From positions 2,048,001 to 2,112,000 of the forward strand of contig OZ220741.1 of the NCBI GenBank assembly GCA_965116885.1: 64,000 bases of DNA, given 5' to 3'. This DNA comes from Candidatus Latescibacterota bacterium. GTDB lineage: Bacteria; Latescibacterota; UBA2968. Shown here in pieces: positions 55,815-64,000 of the stretch. A program made the translations under genes and the position numbers. Every line of letters starts with the position of its first letter. Position 1 is the first letter of the stretch. The notes under the pieces were generated by a model. That model ran no database searches, was not told the origin of the DNA, and saw only the letters and a list, made by a program, of their open reading frames with translations.

Positions 55815-57103
55815 GCCAGTGCATCTGCCTGTGTGTGGCTCGCGGATAGGAAGCGGTCCAGTTGCAAGTGCTCGGCATGGTTGGAATTGAGGCGAATGCG
55901 CAGGTGTACGTCGTTGCCCTCATAATCCAGGGTCAGTATTTCGCTGTGGGTGTAAAGTTGTGAGAGGAGTTTGCCTTCACTTTGTGGCACCTGAAGTTTT
56001 AGGGTGACCGCATCGGCAGCCAAAAAATCACATATCCGATTTTTGACCGCGTCGAGATTAGCGACGTCAAGCGCAGAAATTGCAAGCGCATTGGGATTTT
56101 TTGCGCAGCGTTTTGCAATTTCTTTTTGTCGTTCAGAATCCGCGAGGTCCATTTTGTTATAGACAGTCAGGACGGGTTTGTCATCGATTTTGAGTTTTGT
56201 GAGGACTTCGTTGACTGTGATCATTTGCATTTTGTATTGCGAATGGCTGGCATCGACAACGTGAAGGAGCAGGTCTGCCTGTACGGCTTCTTGTAATGTG
56301 GCGCGAAAGCAAGCAAAGAGGTGGTGCGGTAAGCGGTTGATAAAACCGACGGTGTCGGTGAGCAAGATGGGGCGATGGCTGTGTACATCGACGCTGCGCG
56401 TGGTGTTGGTCAAAGTGGCAAAAAGCTGATTTTCGACCAGAACATTTTCACCCGAAAGCCCGCGCATAAGCGTGGATTTGCCCGCGTTGGTATAGCCAAC
56501 GAGTACAACGTTAAAACTATGGCTGCGCCCTTTGCGGCTGGTGTCCATTTGACGCCTCACGCGTTTGAGGCTGTCGTAGAGGGACTTTCCTCGCTGTTCG
56601 ATCCACCTGCGGGTGGTTTCGGTGTGCGTTTCACCCGATCCGAGGCCTGCGCGACGTTCTGCGTGGGGATTAAACTGGCGAATGCGGGGGCGCAAATAAC
56701 GCAGGTGAGCCATTTGTACTTGAATTTGTGCGGTGCGTGTGCGTGCGTGTAAAGCAAAAATATCGAGAATGAGCAGGCTGCGATCGAGGATGCGTACCCC
56801 AATGTCGGTTTCGAGGTTGTGCATTTGCGAGGGCGAAAGGTCATTGTCAAAGATGATCGCGTCGATATTTCTCTTTTGGGCCATTTTTCGAAGTTCGTCG
56901 ATTTTGCCCGAACCGATATAGGTGGCTGGATCGGGTTTGTCGCGATTTTGCAATGTGCGATCAATTACCTCAAAGGTGGCAGTGGTGGCCAGGTGCGCGA
57001 GTTCTTCGAGAGATTCTCTGGTGCTGCGTGTGGAGATACCGCGTTGTGCCACCCCAACGAGAACAGCACGTCGTATGCCCTGTGCGTCAAAGATATGGTC
57101 CAT
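55811..57103 (-). CDS. hflX: GTPase HflX
   Basis: 'YIGSGK', 'LILDIFA', G1 'GYTNAGKST', 'LFATL', 'DTVGF', 'NKMD'. Confidence 0.9.
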   Translation of the reverse strand: MDHIFDAQGIRRAVLVGVAQRGISTRSTRESLEELAHLATTATFEVIDRTLQNRDKPDPATYIGSGKIDELRKMAQKRNIDAIIFDNDLSPSQMHNLETDIGVRILDRSLLILDIFALHARTRTAQIQVQMAHLRYLRPRIRQFNPHAERRAGLGSGETHTETTRRWIEQRGKSLYDSLKRVRRQMDTSRKGRSHSFNVVLVGYTNAGKSTLMRGLSGENVLVENQLFATLTNTTRSVDVHSHRPILLTDTVGFINRLPHHLFACFRATLQEAVQADLLLHVVDASHSQYKMQMITVNEVLTKLKIDDKPVLTVYNKMDLADSERQKEIAKRCAKNPNALAISALDVANLDAVKNRICDFLAADAVTLKLQVPQSEGKLLSQLYTHSEILTLDYEGNDVHLRIRLNSNHAEHLQLDRFLSASHTQADALA

Positions 57104-57150
57104 GTTGCCTCCTGATTTTTAGTTATATTCACACATAATAAGGTGAAGAT

Positions 57151-57681
57151 ATGTTGATGCAAAGTGAAATCGCTGGTATGGGACGGCGTCTGTTGGCAAC
57201 GGTGTTGGATTTTGTGATTTTGCACCTGGTGCTGACGGTGGTCCTGCGCAATATGCTGCTATCGCCTGCGGGTGTGTGGATGGTGGATTTTATTTTTATA
57301 GTGGTGTATTCAGCGATATTTGTGGGGCTTATAGGCCAGACGCCGGGCAAGATGTTGTTGAGATTGCGCGTGATTGATGCCCACGGTGGCGGGTTGAATT
57401 ATGGGCAGACGTTTCGACGTGCGGCGGTGAAATGGTCGCCGGTTTTTGTGCTGTTTATTGTGATGGCTCTGTTGACGCCAGAGGAGGTGTACCAGCGTCC
57501 CTCGGATGGAGAGGGGATCGAGATGGTGGAGGTGGAGGCGGAGTCTGCTGTGGCTTCATCAATCGCAATGGTGATCGGTACGGTGGGTTGGCTGGTGTTG
57601 ATTCACATGGCACGCCGCCATCCCGATGGACAGGGGATTCACGACCGCGTGGCAGAGACGTATGTGATTAGAACGGGGTGA
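57151..57681 (+). CDS. RDD family membrane protein
   Basis: 'RRLLATVLD', 'GQTPGK..L.LRV', 'QGIHDRVAET.V'. Confidence 0.85.
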   Translation: MLMQSEIAGMGRRLLATVLDFVILHLVLTVVLRNMLLSPAGVWMVDFIFIVVYSAIFVGLIGQTPGKMLLRLRVIDAHGGGLNYGQTFRRAAVKWSPVFVLFIVMALLTPEEVYQRPSDGEGIEMVEVEAESAVASSIAMVIGTVGWLVLIHMARRHPDGQGIHDRVAETYVIRTG

Positions 57682-57684
57682 AAA

Positions 57685-59988
57685 TTACCGGGTGCCTGGT
57701 ACAAAAAAGACAGCATCTTTTTTTGTGGTCTGGTCGGTGTTTTTGTCTGTGATTGTGAGTTTGAGGGTGTAGCGTCCGGATGCGAGGTTGGTGAGGGGCA
57801 TTTCGAGATAGGTGTTTTCGTCGGGGTTTGTACCGACTTGATCAAAGCTGAGGCCAACGGCCTCGGTATTTTTTTGTCCCAATTTGGCGAGGAGAGATAC
57901 GAGTGCAAAACCGGCTTCCTGGCGTTTTTGTACTTCGTATGAGATGGTGTATCGCGTCTGCCCAAATTCGTCGCGTTTGAGGTTGTAGATTTCAAAGTAA
58001 ACGTACATGGACATGCCGGGGACAAAGGTTGCCGAGGGCTGCGGCTGAATGTAGAGGTCGCCGCGCACAAAGGATGTGTCGGGTGCGCGATCCGCTTCGA
58101 TGATGAGGGAGGCGATCTGGATGTCGCTCATCATCAGGTGGCTTTTATCGTGATAGTCGGGCAGGTGAAGATCGGGCTGACGATATGCGCCAACACGGTT
58201 GGTATTTTGACGCCACGCTTCAACGGCCAGTTCATATTCGCCGGGTTCGGCGATGTGGTGTACGCCGCTGAGGGCTTGTAAACCCCGGTCCCGAATATCA
58301 TCGGTGATGTCGATGGCCAATGCGCTTTTGGTGTTTTGAAAATTGAGGGCACGAGGGTAGATAAGCGCGGTGCGGCGTTCCACGACTACAGTGGTGTCCG
58401 GGTCTGCGGGCAGGGCTACATTGTCTAATGGCAGGCCAAATATGACCTGTAATTCGGTTTTGTTCTCCGGTCCCCGGAAGGTGAGGGTGTCGAAGTAAAA
58501 GTCGAGGGGGTCGAGTGCTTCTATGCTGTACAATTCGGGTTCTATTGCGGCGAGCGATTGGGCGAGGGTGGCGGGGTTAAATTCGTGGAGGCGCTGAATA
58601 ACGCTCATGTACGAGCGTCCGGAGGATTCGGCATTGGCGAGATCTTCTTCGGTTAGCGATGGGACGGGGGCAAAATCGTAATTCCCGCCCAAAAATTCAT
58701 CGGTAAATGTAAATTCTGCGCCCTGTCCGAGGTTTTTATATACCCACACTTCCCAGGGTACAGAGGTCCAGCCGCTGGTCGTTGTGACAGGACGGTAGTC
58801 GGTAAAGCCCATATTGCCCACGCGACCTATGCCACCTTGCTCCATGGTGCGAATCGGATAGACGGGACCGACGAAGTTGGCCTCAATGCCCGCATCGCCG
58901 TAAATTGCGTACGCTCTTTGTTCTTGAATGCGCTGTACGTCCAGTGGGACAATGGCATTGAGTTTTCGGGAGGTTGAGATATAGTCGGGTTCTCCATATC
59001 GGATGTAGATTTCTCCTCGGCGATCCCACGGCCACTTTTTGCCAAAGTGGGTTCTCGCATGCCATACCCTGCGGTAGTGTTGGGATCGGCGCAGTGCGCC
59101 TCCCGAGGTTTTAAAGGGATCTTTTTGCAACCAGAAGCGTGTGAGAAAACGCTCGCGTTGTGTTTTGTCGTCTGAGGCTGACGCGAGGCGGTAAGCGCGC
59201 GCTTCGGCTTTTGAGCCGATATAAGAGATGTCGTCATAGAGGGGCTGTTCTTCTTTGGGTAAGGTCTCGATATAGTGTCGAAATGCCGTTAGTGCGCCTT
59301 CGTGGTCGCGTCTTTGAATGAGGGCCTGGGCGAGCAGTGGCAGTGCGCGGGGGTCTCGCATGCGCGATGTGATGTCTTCGAGGTCTCGGTATTCTTTGGC
59401 TTCGTATAGCGCGTAGGCAAATTGGTATGCGGTTTCGTGGTCTTCGGGGTTGCGCTCGAGATATTTTTTGTAGTAGTATAGCGCGACCTGATGCGCGCTG
59501 CCTTCTTCGCGGTGGGCGCGAGCGAGGAGGAGATAGGGCGAAGCCCGGTCGGGAAATCGCGCAATGGTTTGTGAGGCGGCTTTTCGCGCGCGGCTTCCCA
59601 TGTCTTCAAGTGCGAGGAGGGTTTTGATGAGGCGGTCGTGGGCGTCCGCGTCTGTGGTGTCGATGGCGACGGCTTTTTCGTAGTGTGACAGCGCGCGGTC
59701 GGGTTTGTTGCGCAGGTTTTGATAAACGCGGCCCAGACCCGTGTGGGCAATTGCGAGGTTGGGACGCAAAGCGAGCGCGTTTTGAAAGGCTGCTTCGGCA
59801 CTGTCGGCTTCTTCAAGACGCAAATAGAGCAGGCCCATGCGCGCATAGCTCGCCGACGAATCAGACGCGGTAGCCAGATCTGCTTTCAATCGGTTGATGA
59901 CGTCGTGGAGGTCGCGGTTTTGCGCGAATCCCGTGCTTGCAAAACTGATGAGGAGCAGATAAATGGTCGAGTAGAGGACTGTGTGCAT
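57685..59988 (-). CDS. Secreted TPR + GWxTD-domain-like protein
   Basis: Signal peptide, N-terminal TPR-like helices, 'FW...DP', 'WDRRGEIYIRYGEPD', 'EVWVY'. Confidence 0.8.
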   Translation of the reverse strand: MHTVLYSTIYLLLISFASTGFAQNRDLHDVINRLKADLATASDSSASYARMGLLYLRLEEADSAEAAFQNALALRPNLAIAHTGLGRVYQNLRNKPDRALSHYEKAVAIDTTDADAHDRLIKTLLALEDMGSRARKAASQTIARFPDRASPYLLLARAHREEGSAHQVALYYYKKYLERNPEDHETAYQFAYALYEAKEYRDLEDITSRMRDPRALPLLAQALIQRRDHEGALTAFRHYIETLPKEEQPLYDDISYIGSKAEARAYRLASASDDKTQRERFLTRFWLQKDPFKTSGGALRRSQHYRRVWHARTHFGKKWPWDRRGEIYIRYGEPDYISTSRKLNAIVPLDVQRIQEQRAYAIYGDAGIEANFVGPVYPIRTMEQGGIGRVGNMGFTDYRPVTTTSGWTSVPWEVWVYKNLGQGAEFTFTDEFLGGNYDFAPVPSLTEEDLANAESSGRSYMSVIQRLHEFNPATLAQSLAAIEPELYSIEALDPLDFYFDTLTFRGPENKTELQVIFGLPLDNVALPADPDTTVVVERRTALIYPRALNFQNTKSALAIDITDDIRDRGLQALSGVHHIAEPGEYELAVEAWRQNTNRVGAYRQPDLHLPDYHDKSHLMMSDIQIASLIIEADRAPDTSFVRGDLYIQPQPSATFVPGMSMYVYFEIYNLKRDEFGQTRYTISYEVQKRQEAGFALVSLLAKLGQKNTEAVGLSFDQVGTNPDENTYLEMPLTNLASGRYTLKLTITDKNTDQTTKKDAVFFVPGTR

Positions 59989-60225
59989 GGATAATCCTTT
60001 GTGGTGTCGAGGCAGTTTTTACACGCTTGTTTGGGTTTTTGGTTTCTTTTTAAGGTTAAAAACTTTTGTCGAATTTCTCAATGACTTTTGCGACTTATGA
60101 GGCTGTAAAGGTATAAATATATCTAATTTTCTTGACTTAGTTGAAGGGGCGTTTTATTTTCCGTCTGAAAGCGATGTGTGTGCAGGCAGGGATGTCTATG
60201 CTCTCACTCAAATGAAAGGGCATTT

Positions 60226-60687
60226 ATGACGTTGATGGAGATTCTGTCGGGCAAGTCGGTCATTATCGGGCTTAAGGGGCAAAACAAGCGGGAAATTCTC
60301 GAAGAGCTTGTTAATGAACTCGAAGTAGGCGATAAAATTACGGACCGAGATAAGGTACTTCAGGCGGTTTTGGACCGCGAAGATATTATGAGTACGGGTA
60401 TTGGGCACGGTATTGCCATTCCCCATGGGAAGTCGGAATATGCCACGATGTTGGGCGGTGTGCTGGGCATCAAGTCAGAAGGTATCAATTTTAATGCTTT
60501 AGATGGGAAAAAGACCTACATTTTTTTTCTTTTGGTTTCTCCGCTAAATGTTTCGGGACCGCATATTAAAGCCTTAGCGCGTATATCAAGGGTGCTCAAA
60601 GGAGAAGATTTTAGACAGCGTTTGATTGGCATTAGAAATCGCGAGGAGGCTCTGGCGATTATTGCGGCAGAAGATAAGAAGCACTAA
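60226..60687 (+). CDS. PTS IIA domain protein (fructose/nitrogen-regulatory type)
   Basis: 'RE..MSTGIG.GIAIPH', 'F.ALDG', 'HIKALARISR'. Confidence 0.92.
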   Translation: MTLMEILSGKSVIIGLKGQNKREILEELVNELEVGDKITDRDKVLQAVLDREDIMSTGIGHGIAIPHGKSEYATMLGGVLGIKSEGINFNALDGKKTYIFFLLVSPLNVSGPHIKALARISRVLKGEDFRQRLIGIRNREEALAIIAAEDKKH

Positions 60688-60712
60688 TAAATGTCATAAG
60701 ACTTTACCCAAC

Positions 60713-60741
60713 ACCTGCTTTTCTGTAAAGCAGGTTTTTTT
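60713..60741 (+). terminator. Putative intrinsic terminator after PTS IIA
   Basis: ACCTGCTTT-tctgt-AAAGCAGGT followed by a T tract. Confidence 0.6.
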
Positions 60742-60757
60742 GTTTGAGCGTTTTTTT

Positions 60758-62818
60758 ATGTTCGGTATTTCATTTACAAATCCAATGCTGTTGCACGGTT
60801 TGTGGGCGGCGCTGTTGCCGCTTGTGATTCATTTGTTGAATCGGCGTCGTACGGTAACAGTTTCGTTTTCAAACGTGGCACTTTTGCAAAGACTCCAGCA
60901 CGACCGCATGCGACGGCTAAAATTAAAGCATCTCGCGTTGCTCATTTTGCGAACTCTGCTCATTGTTTTGCTGGTGCTGGCTTTTGCGCGTCCGACTTTG
61001 AGTGGGGGTAGTGGGCAGGTGGGCGATGCGGGTACGTCGGCGTTTATTTTGCTCGATCGTTCGTTGAGTATGCAATATCGCACAGCAGAAGGTACGTTGT
61101 TTGAGCGGGCGCTTCGCAGAGTGCAGGCTCTGTTGTCCCTGTTTGATGAGCGCGACGATGTGCGTCTGGCACTGATCGACAATGACGTTGAGGAGGTCGA
61201 TATGACCTCTCCAGAGCGGTTGCGGTTGCTTATGGATACGCTAAAACCCGGTTTTGGCAGTACAGATTTTGAGGCGGGATTGCAATTGGCTTTGTCGCAT
61301 TTGTCCGGGTCACAGATGCCCAACCGCGAGTTGTATTTTGTAACGGATCGCGCTTATAATGGATGGACGAATTTGCCCGATACATTGTCTAATTTGGACG
61401 ATGTATCGGTGTACATCCTTTCCGAGCGGCCTTCGCAAGTTGCCAATATCGGCATTGGGCAGATCAATACGACTTCTCCAGAGGTCGGGCGTTCAACCGC
61501 GCTGGGGATCGAACTGATCAATTACGGCTCGGCAAATCGAGGCGATGTGCCTGTGCAGATATTTTTAGATGGTCGGCGCATTGGCCAGGATATTGCCCAT
61601 GTGCCTGCGGGAGGGCGCCGCAAATTGCATACGTCGTTTGTGCCCAAAACAGGGGGGGATGTTTCCCTGCGTGTGGAAATAGGAGAAGATGATCTCGAGG
61701 CCGATAACAAGTGCGTGACAGTGTTGCGCGTTCCAGAGCGCGTCCGCATTTTGCTGGTGGGGGATGCGTCCCGCGAGTCTTACTATCTCGCAGAGGCTTT
61801 GTCCGTTGTCTCAAGCGAGGTGGTGCAGGTTAAACCCGAGCGCGTATCAGATCAGGTGTTGGAAGATATTGATGTGGTTTTTTTGTGCAATGTTGCGCGG
61901 CTTTCTACAGGTGCGATTGCCGTTTTGCAAAATCGGATATCTCGCGGGGTTGGGTTGGCTATTTTCCTGGGGGATCAAATAGATGTCCGATATTATAATG
62001 AGCATGTGTTGCCCGCGCTTTTTCCCGCTAAATTACTCGGTACGCGGGGTGTGTTGTCAGGCGCTTATCAGGCTTTACAGACAGTTTTACCCGATCATCC
62101 CATGCTGTCGGGTCTGGAACTTAAAGGGGCATTTCAAAGCCCGCGTTTTTTTGTTTCTTATCGGGTCTTACCCGCGCAAAATGCACAATCTGTGTTGTCC
62201 TTTACTTCGGGGGCACCCGCGCTTCTCGAAGCGCGCAAGGGCAATGGGCGCGTCGTGCTGTTCGCGTCTTCGGTGAGTGCGAATTTGGGATGGAATGACG
62301 CGCCGCTTTCCGGCTTTTTTGTTCCATTTGTGCATCGCCTGAGCGGATATCTGGCGGCCGGGGCGTTTGGTCGATCTGACTATCGCGTTGGTCAGGTTGT
62401 GTACAGAGATCTCCGGCAAAAAAATGCTTCTGAAGCTGTTCTGCGGGCGCCGGGTGGAGAGCCCAGAACAATTTGGCCTCAACAACGCGGTTTGCAATCG
62501 GTGTGGCCGGTCGGGGTGGTGGATGCGCCAGGGCTGTGGGAGATTTTTGCGCGCGAGCGCGTCTCTGATCGCTTTGCCGTTCAGATTGATGAGCGCGAAC
62601 CCGATTTGACCCCGGTTCCGATGGCGCGACTCGAGACTCTGTTTGGTAAAGACCGCTTGTGCGTTGTAGATGGCAAGGCCGATTTGAAGGAGGCTATTCT
62701 TTCCCAAAGGCATGGTCGGGAGCTTTGGCGATGGGTGTTGTTGTTGGCCTTGATGGCGATGGGTGCAGAGATGCTCATTGCACAGTCTGCGCGCACGAGC
62801 CGCGGGACGCAACCTTGA
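60758..62818 (+). CDS. BatA N-terminal + vWA-domain membrane protein
   Basis: 'F.NP..L.GL....LP.VIHL', 'LAFARP', MIDAS-like 'DRSLSM', 'TD', C-terminal TM 'ELWRW..LLAL'. Confidence 0.85.
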   Translation: MFGISFTNPMLLHGLWAALLPLVIHLLNRRRTVTVSFSNVALLQRLQHDRMRRLKLKHLALLILRTLLIVLLVLAFARPTLSGGSGQVGDAGTSAFILLDRSLSMQYRTAEGTLFERALRRVQALLSLFDERDDVRLALIDNDVEEVDMTSPERLRLLMDTLKPGFGSTDFEAGLQLALSHLSGSQMPNRELYFVTDRAYNGWTNLPDTLSNLDDVSVYILSERPSQVANIGIGQINTTSPEVGRSTALGIELINYGSANRGDVPVQIFLDGRRIGQDIAHVPAGGRRKLHTSFVPKTGGDVSLRVEIGEDDLEADNKCVTVLRVPERVRILLVGDASRESYYLAEALSVVSSEVVQVKPERVSDQVLEDIDVVFLCNVARLSTGAIAVLQNRISRGVGLAIFLGDQIDVRYYNEHVLPALFPAKLLGTRGVLSGAYQALQTVLPDHPMLSGLELKGAFQSPRFFVSYRVLPAQNAQSVLSFTSGAPALLEARKGNGRVVLFASSVSANLGWNDAPLSGFFVPFVHRLSGYLAAGAFGRSDYRVGQVVYRDLRQKNASEAVLRAPGGEPRTIWPQQRGLQSVWPVGVVDAPGLWEIFARERVSDRFAVQIDEREPDLTPVPMARLETLFGKDRLCVVDGKADLKEAILSQRHGRELWRWVLLLALMAMGAEMLIAQSARTSRGTQP

Positions 62819-62913
62819 CTTTTGTAATTGGTGCGCGTATTTTTTTGAATTGTGGTGGGCGGGCTGGGGGTAGGTCCCTCTTGTTTTTCATTTGAACGAT
62901 AAAGGATGTTTTG

Positions 62914-64000
62914 ATGGCGAAAAATTTGATTATTGTCGAATCACCTGCCAAAGCGCGGACAATTTCTCGATTTGTGGGCAAGGACTACAAAGTCGCCGCT
63001 TCTATGGGGCATGTGCGCGATCTTCCCGCACGCGAATTGGGCTTTGATGTGGAGAGTTTTGATCCCAAATACGTGGTGTCGCAAGATAAGCGCAGTGTGA
63101 TTCAGGCACTGAAAAAGGATATTAAACAAGATACGACTGTGTATTTGGCGACGGATGAAGACCGCGAAGGGGAATCTATTTCGTGGCATCTGATTTCTGC
63201 ACTCAAGCTCAAGAATCAGCCCATTAAGCGGGTTGTGTTCCACGAGATTACCCGGTCTGCTGTTTTGCACGCGCTTGAAAATCCCCGCGAACTGGATCAA
63301 AATCTGGTCGATGCACAACAGGCGCGTCGCATTCTGGATCGCGCTGTGGGATATCAGTTGTCGCCTTTGTTGTGGCGGAAGGTAAAGGGGGGATTGTCAG
63401 CCGGGCGCGTGCAGAGTGTGGCGGTGCGGATTATTGTTGATCGGGAGCGGGAGATTCGGGCGTTTAAGCCAGAGGAGTATTGGAAGATTAAATCCGATTT
63501 TAAGGATCCCAAATTTCAGGCTGAATTGACGCGTCAGAATGGCAAAAAAGCGTCTGTAAAAAATGAAGCCGAGGCCAAAGCTATTGAGGCGAGTGCGCTG
63601 CAGGGACAATTTGTCGTGACAGAGGTGGTCGAGCGCGAGGGCGTGCGGCGGCCCGTGCCTCCGTTTACGACATCGACGCTGCAACAAGAGGCGTCTCGCA
63701 AACTGAGTTTTTCCGTGGCGCAGACGATGCGGGTTGCACAACAGCTTTACGAGGGCAATTTTGAAATTCCCGGATATACCGGCGGTTTGATTACTTATAT
63801 GCGTACCGATTCGGTGAATTTGGCCGAGCAGGCGGTGAATCAGGCGCGGGAGGTAATTGCGCGGGAATATGGTCGGGATTACACCGTGGAAAAGCCCCGG
63901 CGATTTGCCAATAGGACCAGGGGGGCACAAGAAGCGCATGAGGCGATTCGTCCGGCGGATTTGTCGATTAAACCCAACCGCGTTAAAGCACATCTCGATC
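62914..64000 (+). CDS. topA: DNA topoisomerase I (runs off the window; absent from the ORF track)
   Basis: Manual translation: MAKNLIIVESPAKARTI...SMGHVRDLP, 'ATDEDREGE', 'SAGRVQS', catalytic 'ITYMRTDS', 'QEAHEAIRP'. Confidence 0.97.
   Translation, partial: MAKNLIIVESPAKARTISRFVGKDYKVAASMGHVRDLPARELGFDVESFDPKYVVSQDKRSVIQALKKDIKQDTTVYLATDEDREGESISWHLISALKLKNQPIKRVVFHEITRSAVLHALENPRELDQNLVDAQQARRILDRAVGYQLSPLLWRKVKGGLSAGRVQSVAVRIIVDREREIRAFKPEEYWKIKSDFKDPKFQAELTRQNGKKASVKNEAEAKAIEASALQGQFVVTEVVEREGVRRPVPPFTTSTLQQEASRKLSFSVAQTMRVAQQLYEGNFEIPGYTGGLITYMRTDSVNLAEQAVNQAREVIAREYGRDYTVEKPRRFANRTRGAQEAHEAIRPADLSIKPNRVKAHLD

Noticed and set aside
62941..63993. Minus-strand ORFs at the window end
   Set aside because: Antisense shadows of topA, which the ORF track missed because it has no stop inside the window

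Overview
Bacterial chromosomal window that is mostly gene-dense metabolic sequence. It holds six PhyH-type Fe(II)/2OG dioxygenases, three sulfatase-family genes, five Gfo/Idh/MocA oxidoreductases, a Baeyer-Villiger monooxygenase, a MaoC/CitE/CoA-transferase trio, ilvD, the aceE-aceF-lpdA operon, hflX, a GWxTD/TPR-like protein, a partial topA and two tRNAs (Arg-ACG, Glu-CTC). This gene content resembles Latescibacterota/Poribacteria-like, often sponge-associated, lineages (inference only). Two loci stand out. (1) A ~5.8 kb AT-rich, integrase-less island lies just downstream of tRNA-Glu, bounded by a decayed att-like duplication. It encodes a catalytically inactive short prokaryotic Argonaute translationally coupled to a SMEK-APAZ partner, followed by an XRE-HTH/ImmA(M78) metallopeptidase fusion and a Panacea (DUF4065)-type toxin-antitoxin pair. 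It is a candidate uncharacterised pAgo defence system with its own promoter, palindromic operator and regulator. (2) An ECF sigma factor carries a C-terminal extension resembling domains II-III of the DNA polymerase III beta clamp. Smaller observations include a Thr-for-Cys sulfatase motif, GTAG-type REP elements, a frameshifted HhH-GPD pseudogene and unusual gene junctions. All family calls come from reading motifs by eye; no database searches or composition calculations were run.
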